Positions 30,268 to 37,887 of a stretch of DNA of 64,000 nucleotides are shown here, piece after piece. Source of the DNA: Calditrichaceae bacterium (GTDB lineage: Bacteria > Calditrichota > Calditrichia > Calditrichales > JBFXGD01). A program made the position numbers and the translations under genes. Each line of letters starts with the position of its first letter. Position 1 is the first letter of the stretch. The notes below the pieces were generated by a model. It saw only the letters and a list, made by a program, of their open reading frames with translations. It searched no databases and was not told the origin of the DNA. The stretch is taken from contig JBFXLE010000004.1 in NCBI GenBank assembly GCA_050173015.1, positions 64,001-128,000 on the forward strand, read 5' to 3'.

Positions 30268-31574
30268 TGGTAAGTCTGCTAAATGATATCAGTCTGCATT
30301 GGGCCAATCTATTCTTAGCGATGATAGTTCAGAGTTCTGTCTTTGTTTCCCTGATCCTTTTTTTTCTCCATATGATGCGCCATAAAGAAGCATGGTTTTT
30401 AAAATCTGTTACCGTTGTCGGTTTAGTTAAATTAGTTGTGCCTCCGTTTCTCATATCTGACCGCGTGAATGAAGCGATTATTTCAGGAATGGGTTGGCTT
30501 CCAATCATCACCGTTTTTCCGAATGCGAAAGTCGATCCTGTTGAGCAATTATCCTTATCCGGTTTCGTTTTTCTCTCCTGGCTGGGCATTTGCTTAATTC
30601 TGCTAATCGCTGTTTCCATACGTCATTTGGCGTTTCGCTATGGGTTTCGTGATATAATACCGATAGATAATCCGTTGAGTCACCCGGATGAGCGCGATTT
30701 AAAGATCATGTTTCTGCAATCAAAGAAAGTACACAGTCCTTTTGTAATCGGTTTGTTCAGGCATAAAATCATTCTACCGGCAAACTGGTCGCAATGGAAT
30801 AGTCAGACACAACGCGCCATTATTACTCATGAAATCGGTCACATCAGGCAAGGAGATCGATGGTTGAATTTGTTGAAAATATTTGTCCTTAGTATCCATT
30901 TTTTCAATCCGCTCGCCTGGATACTAACGCGTAAATTAACCTGTTTCAGCGAAATTTTATGTGATGAGGTATCATTAAAGTCAAACGGATTTGGGAGAAA
31001 AGCATACGCGCGTGTTTTATTGACGATTGCCGAAGAAACCGGAGGGAGGTTAACCGGCGTCTCGGCGCTAAATTTCTCCAGGACCCATCGTTTACTAAAA
31101 ACCCGTATTACCTATCAGTTAAGTCAAAAAGAGGAGACAATGATGAAGAACTCAACATGGGCGAACCGGATCACTATTCTGGGGCTGTCGCTAATGGTCA
31201 TTCTGTTTTCCTGGCAATGCAGTAATGATAACAATGCCGCGCCAAGCGAAACCAAACAGCAGATTTCATCAGTCGTGACACAATCCGATGCCATGGACTT
31301 TTCAAGTGTGGATGTTAAGCCGGAACTGGTTAAGAAGGAAAGACCGGAATATCCTGAAGACGCCAGAAGAGGAGGCATTGAAGGAACCGTTATTGTCGCG
31401 GTCACCATTGATGTTGATGGATCGGTGACAGAGGCCAGTATATTAAAATCGGTACCACTGCTTGATCAGGCTGCCCTTGATGCCGCCAGGATGGCGCAAT
31501 TCACACCCGCGGAGCATGACGGGAAAAAAGTAAAAGTGACAATGAAAATTCCGTATCAGTTCAAACTAAAATAA
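30264..31574 (+). CDS. M56 family (BlaR1-like) peptidase fused to a TonB C-terminal domain
   Basis: SPFVIG, IITHEIGHI (HExxH), HFFNPLAW, EILCD; C-terminal PEYPEDARRGGIEGTV...LDQAALDAA. Confidence 0.92.
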   Translation: MMVSLLNDISLHWANLFLAMIVQSSVFVSLILFFLHMMRHKEAWFLKSVTVVGLVKLVVPPFLISDRVNEAIISGMGWLPIITVFPNAKVDPVEQLSLSGFVFLSWLGICLILLIAVSIRHLAFRYGFRDIIPIDNPLSHPDERDLKIMFLQSKKVHSPFVIGLFRHKIILPANWSQWNSQTQRAIITHEIGHIRQGDRWLNLLKIFVLSIHFFNPLAWILTRKLTCFSEILCDEVSLKSNGFGRKAYARVLLTIAEETGGRLTGVSALNFSRTHRLLKTRITYQLSQKEETMMKNSTWANRITILGLSLMVILFSWQCSNDNNAAPSETKQQISSVVTQSDAMDFSSVDVKPELVKKERPEYPEDARRGGIEGTVIVAVTIDVDGSVTEASILKSVPLLDQAALDAARMAQFTPAEHDGKKVKVTMKIPYQFKLK

Positions 31575-31582
31575 TGATACCC

Positions 31583-31618
31583 CTGGTCTTAACTCCATCC
31601 GGATAGGTTTTAAGACCA
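31583..31618. terminator. Hairpin between convergent genes
   Basis: TGGTCTTAA ... TTAAGACCA. Confidence 0.5.
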
Positions 31619-31706
31619 TTCGTGTAAGCCCGGGCTTTATTTTAACATCAATAATGACATCACTATTAACTCAAGTGTCTTCGTTGCATTCATTTTCAAA
31701 GATGTC

Positions 31707-34028
31707 TCAGTATTCATCCAAATCAATGACCAGAAAGGCATTTAAATTATCAGTTACAAAAGTTTTTACCCATACCGGTAACTCGTGGCCGTCTAAAAGT
31801 GGAATATCATTGCGATAGACATCATCCAGCCATTTCCGGCTTTTTTCGGTGATCGCGCGCCACATATTTGATTGTCTCAAAAAGCGGGTCCGGAGAATCT
31901 CGAAAACCAGAACGGTGGAAAGCAGCGTAAATAAATCGACATTCTGCCCTGTTTTGATGTTTTTTGAGAGTTTTTGAATTGTATTCAAATCGAGTTTAAG
32001 TACATGTGCCAGGTCTTCAGTAATCCGGAATCCACCCTCGGATTGCTGAGAAGCGAGCAGTGACATCAACACATCAGTTGTGCCGATTTTATTATAGGAA
32101 GGGGAAGAACTGAAAAGTTTATTCAATGTGTGAATTTCAGGAATTTGACACATATCAACGCTGCGAGTGGCTGGTAGATCGTTGATATTCATATTTTCAA
32201 TAAATCTATCTTTAATTATTTTCATTCGCGCGGTTTTTACATGATCGTGCCAACCGGTGGTAACCATGGTTGGGACCAGCGTGAGTTCGACTTCGCCAAA
32301 AGTTTTTTCGCTTTTCTTCCGTCTCTCTATTCCCAGAAAACTGGTATGTTTCGATAGGATACCGTATTCCTTTGAAAGTTCGATAATCATGTTGGTTGTT
32401 TTGTCCTGCTTCCGTTCTTCCTGTCTGGATCCGGATCTTTGAGCCGATTCCTCCAGATCACGAATTCTTTCCCTCGCCCATAGCTGCGGCAGCGGCATGT
32501 TTTCATGTGAAGTTTCGATCACCTCAAAATGCCATTCTTTCCTTTCCGCTCCGGCGCGGCCGTGTACAACTATTCGGGAAGGCAGGGAGGTCATTAATGC
32601 TCCGCGGGCGAAAATTGTGGATACTTTATCGCCAAATAAAGTGGGATGAGCCGGCGCCTGTTCAATATCCTCGCCGTCCCAGGAAATACTTTCTATTTCC
32701 AGTTCAGGAGCTATGATCCGGTCAAAGATTCTAAGCACTTTGGGTTCGATCCGTTCTCCGGGATAAACAAATTCCGCTGCTCCGTTGCCCGCGCGCGCCA
32801 CGCCTTTGATCAGGTGTTCATTGGGTCCGCTACCGATGCCGATCGAGAAAACTCTCGTATGTGAGCGGTTGGAAGCCGCGAGATCGATGATTTCCTGTTC
32901 ATTTCCGACTTCACCGTCGGTTAATAATAATATCGTTCGTCCGTTCTCCGCGGATTCTGAATAGATTTCCTTCAATGGTTCATAGATTTCAGTACCACCC
33001 AGGATGGCCTGGGTTCTTTCCAATTTGTTGAGAGCCAAAGTCAGTTTGTCTTCCGAGTAGTCTTGTGATTTGATGAAAAATGAATTAAACGATGACCCAA
33101 AACGATACACATTAAATTTGCATGCCTTTGGTAATGCCTTAAGGCAGATCTCCAATGCCTTTTTTGCTTCAAGAATCGAATCTCCCGACATAGACCCGGA
33201 ACAGTCCAGCAGAAAAATCACTTCCTTTGATCCGGTTTTAGGGGTGAAATAAATTTGCGGAATCGAAAAATCCAGTTGCCAGTAAGAATAATCACCGTCA
33301 TTGCAGCAATAGGCCGCGCCGGATTCACTCTCCCCTGGATCGATTACAAGGATAAAATCACGATCCATGTTCACTGAATCGCTGACAAATTCAACAGCTA
33401 CAAGTTTCTTCCGCAGTTTAATTCTGATAGGATGTGTGATGGATTCCACGGAGGCCAGACCGCCGTCATGATAAATGTTAAGTTGCAAGGATAAACCGTA
33501 GGGGACTTCCGGCGCGTAGGGTGGATTTACAATGTCATGAATTGGAATCCCCTGATCGTCAGGCATGTCGCCCGGGATATAACGAGGGGAAATAGTTGTG
33601 GGCAGCGTGAAACGATAGTTGTGACCTTCGCTGTCAAGCAGCATTACCAGCTCGATTTCAACAATTACCTCCATACCGGGATTCAAATTGCCGACAGACA
33701 GCGTAAAAATATTCGGCCTCTCCTCATCCAAAAGATAGCCGCCGTCGCCAGCCATTAATGCATCGTCGTAATTATCGAAAGCCTTGTCACGCTCTTCTAT
33801 CTTTCCGTCAATCCGCCTTTCCCCAACCCAGACCTGAAAACCGGTAATAGCGCTGCTTTCCGGTAACGGGAATTTATAAACAGCTTCAATGGCATTTTTT
33901 TCTTTATTACGGAATTTTTGCCGGATGATAATCTTTGCCCCGCGACCAAGCAATTCACCATTCACAGTAACACCTGTCAAAGGAACGGAATGGTTGTTTG
34001 TTGAGAAAAGACCCCAAAAAGCACTCAT
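31707..34028 (-). CDS. VIT (vault/inter-alpha-trypsin) + von Willebrand A domain protein (VWA5A-like)
   Basis: IEAVYKFPLP, FTLSVGNL (VIT); FLLDCSGSM MIDAS, GGTEI, LLTDGEV, FSIGIG; LSKEYGILSKHTSFLGIE. Confidence 0.92.
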   Translation of the reverse strand: MSAFWGLFSTNNHSVPLTGVTVNGELLGRGAKIIIRQKFRNKEKNAIEAVYKFPLPESSAITGFQVWVGERRIDGKIEERDKAFDNYDDALMAGDGGYLLDEERPNIFTLSVGNLNPGMEVIVEIELVMLLDSEGHNYRFTLPTTISPRYIPGDMPDDQGIPIHDIVNPPYAPEVPYGLSLQLNIYHDGGLASVESITHPIRIKLRKKLVAVEFVSDSVNMDRDFILVIDPGESESGAAYCCNDGDYSYWQLDFSIPQIYFTPKTGSKEVIFLLDCSGSMSGDSILEAKKALEICLKALPKACKFNVYRFGSSFNSFFIKSQDYSEDKLTLALNKLERTQAILGGTEIYEPLKEIYSESAENGRTILLLTDGEVGNEQEIIDLAASNRSHTRVFSIGIGSGPNEHLIKGVARAGNGAAEFVYPGERIEPKVLRIFDRIIAPELEIESISWDGEDIEQAPAHPTLFGDKVSTIFARGALMTSLPSRIVVHGRAGAERKEWHFEVIETSHENMPLPQLWARERIRDLEESAQRSGSRQEERKQDKTTNMIIELSKEYGILSKHTSFLGIERRKKSEKTFGEVELTLVPTMVTTGWHDHVKTARMKIIKDRFIENMNINDLPATRSVDMCQIPEIHTLNKLFSSSPSYNKIGTTDVLMSLLASQQSEGGFRITEDLAHVLKLDLNTIQKLSKNIKTGQNVDLFTLLSTVLVFEILRTRFLRQSNMWRAITEKSRKWLDDVYRNDIPLLDGHELPVWVKTFVTDNLNAFLVIDLDEY

Positions 34029-34408
34029 TTTTTATCTCCTTTTAAAATCGATTTAGCTATACGAATAAGCTCGGTAATCCGCCGCCCTTTGTCCTGTTCT
34101 ACATCGCGTCGGATATGAATCTCGATTCCCGGGATAATGGGATATCTGACCCATATATCCCTGACAGACTCCGGTGTGTTTTCCAAATCGGTTTTTGTCA
34201 GTTCCTGAATAGCGGCTAATTTGATTCCCTGTTCCTGATTTGCCCGGATTTCTTGTAATTTATGCAGGTGACTGTCATAATAAAATCCACCGCGCCCTCT
34301 TCCGGCCGGCGGCTCAATAAGTCCTTGTTGTATATAGTATCTTATGGTACGTCGTGTGTATCCGGTTAGCTCAGATAACTGCTCAATGGTATATTTTTTG
34401 CTATTCAT
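34025..34408 (-). CDS. MerR-type HTH transcriptional regulator; start placed at 34408 (MNSKK)
   Basis: YTIEQLSELTGYTRRTIRYYIQQGLIEPP; stop overlaps the VIT gene start. Confidence 0.88.
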   Translation of the reverse strand: MNSKKYTIEQLSELTGYTRRTIRYYIQQGLIEPPAGRGRGGFYYDSHLHKLQEIRANQEQGIKLAAIQELTKTDLENTPESVRDIWVRYPIIPGIEIHIRRDVEQDKGRRITELIRIAKSILKGDKK

Positions 34409-34414
34409 GGATTC

Positions 34415-34443
34415 ATAATAACAGTAAACTGTCATAAAAGCAA
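34415..34443 (-). promoter_or_regulatory. Sigma70 promoter with internal operator palindrome; likely leaderless transcript
   Basis: On - strand TTGCTT-N17-TATTAT; ATGACAGT-TT-ACTGTTAT palindrome in the spacer; ATG 7 nt after the -10 element; no SD. Confidence 0.65.
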
Positions 34444-34679
34444 TAAGAAAATAAAATATTTTAATTCTGTTGGATCTATGCTTTTTGTTGGAGATTTTTG
34501 ATCATACTTTTGTTATGATCATTAAATATGATGATGTGTTCTTAAGAAGAATCATGGACCGGGAAGGGAAGCGGCTGATGGGGTGATTCCCGGTTCCTAA
34601 GTTTTCATAGTTGCAAATTCCATGATGCATCATTAATATGGTTGACAGTAGAATGTCATGAAAAGAGAAATTTAATCGC

Positions 34680-35024
34680 ATGAAGTCTGATATACCTGAT
34701 ATCAAAGTAAAAAAAGAGAAACGGGATAAAACAGTCCCAAAACTCATTCCGTTGTATCATGTGATTCTGCTTGATGATAACGATCATAGTTATGATTATG
34801 TCATCGAGATGCTGATGCAGATTTTTGGACACAGCCGTGAAAAATCTTTTCAGATGGCCAGGGAGGTTGATACAAAAAGTCGCGTGATTGTGGATACTAC
34901 CCATATGGAAAGGGCGGAGATGAAGCAGGATCAGATCCATGCATACGGAGCCGACTGGAGAATTCCGCATTGCAAAGGTTCCATGTCAGCCGTCATTGAA
35001 CCGGCGGAAAATCAGAACTCATGA
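34680..35024 (+). CDS. clpS: ATP-dependent Clp protease adaptor ClpS
   Basis: YHVILLDDNDHSYDYVIEML, AREVD, AVIEP. Confidence 0.9.
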   Translation: MKSDIPDIKVKKEKRDKTVPKLIPLYHVILLDDNDHSYDYVIEMLMQIFGHSREKSFQMAREVDTKSRVIVDTTHMERAEMKQDQIHAYGADWRIPHCKGSMSAVIEPAENQNS

Positions 35025-35071
35025 TTCAAAGGCCTGAGAAATCGTGTAATGATGTTCACAGGGAATAGTCT

Positions 35072-35329
35072 ATGCCGAAAAAACCGGTAATATTTGAAAT
35101 AATTGATGTTGAGTGCTATCACGGTTATAAATCCAACGAACGGCCCTTGTCTTTCACCTATCGCGAACAGCGATGGAAGGTGGATGAAATCCTGGATCGT
35201 TGGTATGAAAGCGGTGTTGTGGCCGGACATCCGAATCTGGATTATTTTAAGGTGCGGACGGATGAAGGAGGGGTCTTTCTGCTACGCCATAACATCAGAT
35301 ATAAAACCTGGGCCATTCGTCAAATTTAA
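35072..35329 (+). CDS. Small conserved protein (DUF6504-like)
   Basis: VECYHGYKSNERPLSF, VDEILDRW, YFKVRTDEG. Confidence 0.65.
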   Translation: MPKKPVIFEIIDVECYHGYKSNERPLSFTYREQRWKVDEILDRWYESGVVAGHPNLDYFKVRTDEGGVFLLRHNIRYKTWAIRQI

Positions 35330-35430
35330 ATACGATTCCCACCGCGTAACCAAATAAATTCTAAATTTTCTATTGAAATTGAATTGTTGGTTTTTTATAC
35401 TGGTGTACATAAGTACAAGATTAAAATAAA

Positions 35431-36459
35431 TTGATAATGAACAATGCCGATCATTCCCTGCGCCTGATATTTTTTGCGGATACGCATCTCGGATTTGACT
35501 ATCCCATGCGCCCGCGAATTAATATCCGGAGACGCGGGCCCGATTTCTTCAAAAATTTTTATCAGGTCCTTGATTACGCGCGCGCTCACAAACCTGATCT
35601 GGTTATTCATGGTGGTGATATGTTTTTCAGAAGCCGGGTACCAGAGAAGATTGTTGACATGGCGTATCAGTCTTTGGCCGATTTAGCCGATTTCGGCATC
35701 CCCGTATTTATTGTTCCCGGAAATCACGAGCGATCGAGATTACCGGTATCGATATTTTTGTCGCATCCCGGGATAAAAATATTTTCAGTTCCGAAAACAT
35801 ACACGTTTGAGACCGTTCATGGTAAAGTGTCCATCTCAGGATTTCCGTCTGTTCGCGATAATATCCGTGATCACTTCAATACCGTTATCCGTCAAACCGG
35901 TTACGCTGAACACGAAAGCAAAATCAGATTGTTATGCATGCATCAGACCGTCGAGGGCGCCGTGGTAGGACCAAATTCATACACATTCCGTTCAGGGAAA
36001 GATGTAGTAAATATAGATGATATTCCTTCAAACCTTACCGCGGTACTATCCGGTCATATACACCGGAGTCAAATTTTGCGGACAGCAGATCATATACCTG
36101 TGATTTATCCGGGATCAACGGAACGAACCTCGTTTGCCGAACGCTCTGAAACAAAAGGATTCTATGATATCAGGATATGCGCCAATGACAGGAATGATCA
36201 ATTGGTCAAAACGGATTTTGTAAAACTGAATGCCAGACCGATGACGGATATTATGATTAATAATTCCATCACCGAAAATGAACTGGAGGGATATCTGGCT
36301 GAAAAATTTTCATCACTTCACCCTGAATCAATTGTGAGAATCAGGACATGCAACGCGATAGACCGAAAAATTAAATCAAAATTGACATCAGGCTTTTTGA
36401 GAAATATCGCTCCGGCCCGCATCAATATTCAGTTTGGTTCTGTCTTTGAACGCTTATAA
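35431..36459 (+). CDS. SbcD/Mre11-like DNA repair metallophosphoesterase
   Basis: ADTHLG, HGGDMF, VPGNHE, SGHIH, YPGSTERTSFAE..KGF. Confidence 0.88.
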   Translation: MIMNNADHSLRLIFFADTHLGFDYPMRPRINIRRRGPDFFKNFYQVLDYARAHKPDLVIHGGDMFFRSRVPEKIVDMAYQSLADLADFGIPVFIVPGNHERSRLPVSIFLSHPGIKIFSVPKTYTFETVHGKVSISGFPSVRDNIRDHFNTVIRQTGYAEHESKIRLLCMHQTVEGAVVGPNSYTFRSGKDVVNIDDIPSNLTAVLSGHIHRSQILRTADHIPVIYPGSTERTSFAERSETKGFYDIRICANDRNDQLVKTDFVKLNARPMTDIMINNSITENELEGYLAEKFSSLHPESIVRIRTCNAIDRKIKSKLTSGFLRNIAPARINIQFGSVFERL

Positions 36460-36610
36460 AAAAGGAAAGTCATCTTGATTGGATTTTAGGTGTAATATTG
36501 ATCCCTTAAATGATCGAAAATTCTTCCAAAATCGACTATTTTATATTAAAACTCGTCCGATTAGTCGAATTTGATTAAACTCAGTTCAATAAAAACAATA
36601 ACTTACGAGT

Positions 36611-36626
36611 TGGTACGACATTTGAA
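36611..36626 (+). promoter_or_regulatory. Sigma54-like -24/-12 promoter
   Basis: TGGTACG-ACAT-TTGAA versus consensus TGGCACG-N4-TTGCW. Confidence 0.5.
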
Positions 36627-36670
36627 ATAGAATATCTTGAAAACAGTCCAACAACCCAAAGGAGTAGGAA

Positions 36671-37123
36671 ATGAAATTATTAACGACATTTTTAGTCATC
36701 TTTTTTGCAGCCCTTTCATTATACGGTCAGGAAGTGCAGGTAAAGGAGAAAGTTAAGACGGAAGCCAAAGAAAAAGTACAGATCAAAGAGCAGGCAAAAA
36801 CCGCCGAAAAAGAGCAAGTCCAGGTTAAGAACGAATTGAAAGAACAAGAACAGACTAAAAGCAAAGAAATGATTCAGACCAAAACCAAAAAAGAAGAGCA
36901 GGTAAAAGAAAAAGTTCAGGAAAAAGCGGAAGAAAAGGCGCAGATCAAAACAAAAGAGCAAACAAAAGAACAAACCGGATTTATTGATGAAGACGGCGAC
37001 GGCATCAATGATAAGTCAAAAAAGGATGAAGGAAGTCAGTTTAAGGAAACCAACCGAAATCATTCCGGTGAAGGAACCACAAGCGAAGACGCGGCTAAAC
37101 AGATTCAAAAAGGAAAGAAATAA
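36671..37123 (+). CDS. Secreted low-complexity Lys/Glu/Gln-rich protein with DxDxDG motif
   Basis: Signal peptide; repeated KEKVQ/KEQ units; FIDEDGDGIND; RBS AAGGAG. Confidence 0.75.
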   Translation: MKLLTTFLVIFFAALSLYGQEVQVKEKVKTEAKEKVQIKEQAKTAEKEQVQVKNELKEQEQTKSKEMIQTKTKKEEQVKEKVQEKAEEKAQIKTKEQTKEQTGFIDEDGDGINDKSKKDEGSQFKETNRNHSGEGTTSEDAAKQIQKGKK

Positions 37124-37163
37124 TCATCACGGAAGTTCTAAATCAATAAAACTGAATATAATG

Positions 37164-37188
37164 AAGGAGCAGAGATGCTCCTTTTTTT
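37164..37188 (+). terminator. Rho-independent terminator
   Basis: AAGGAGCA-GAGA-TGCTCCTT followed by a T-run. Confidence 0.8.
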
Positions 37189-37361
37189 GTTTTAAATATC
37201 TTTATTGAGTCTTCCTGTTCACGCGCCTCAATGTGAATCCATTCTCAAAACTGCCAAATTTTTTCCCGTCATTCTCAAATTTAAGAGGAAAATCGGTTCA
37301 TTTAACATCATACTCCCTGATCGTATCATATTTCACAAGGATATGTCATCTAAAATTGTTT

Positions 37362-37377
37362 TGGTACGATTTTTGTA
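37362..37377 (+). promoter_or_regulatory. Sigma54-like -24/-12 promoter upstream of merR-psrABC
   Basis: TGGTACG-ATTT-TTGTA; upstream direct repeats CATTCTCAAA at 37240 and 37270. Confidence 0.5.
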
Positions 37378-37425
37378 AATCTATATTGAAAAATGTAGAT
37401 ATTTCTACAATTTAAACTATAGGTT

Positions 37426-37887
37426 GTGAGGATGGAAGAGAAAAAAGGCCAAAAAAATGTACTGTATCCCATAGGGATGGTCGCCAAAATTTTTGATATT
37501 TCTGTGGCGACGCTCCGGCTGTATGAAGCGGAGGGATTAATCATTCCACGCAAAAGTAAGGGAGGACATCGTCTGTTTACAGAGGTCGATCTTGACCGTA
37601 TCCACTGTATCAGGGATATGATTGATGAAAAAGGCCTGAATCTGGCGGGAATCCGCATGATGTTGTCGGCAATTCCCTGTTGGGAGTTAAAACCATGCTC
37701 CCTTGAAGAGCGCCAGAGTTGCGACGCTTATTATGAATCCAATTCTCCCTGCTGGATGGTCGAAAATAAAGCTGAAATTTGTGCTAATGAGGACTGTAGT
37801 CAATGTCCCGTATATACGCAATCAAACAATTGTACCAATATAAAAATGATTTTAAAGAAATATTGGAGGGCGAAAGGTAATGGCTAA
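37426..37887 (+). CDS. MerR family regulator with Cys-rich (two 'CW' motif) C-terminal domain
   Basis: YPIGMVAKIFDISVATLRLYEAEGLI..KSKGGHRLF; C-terminal PCW..C..C..PCW..C..C..C..C (8 Cys). Confidence 0.88.
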   Translation: MRMEEKKGQKNVLYPIGMVAKIFDISVATLRLYEAEGLIIPRKSKGGHRLFTEVDLDRIHCIRDMIDEKGLNLAGIRMMLSAIPCWELKPCSLEERQSCDAYYESNSPCWMVENKAEICANEDCSQCPVYTQSNNCTNIKMILKKYWRAKGNG

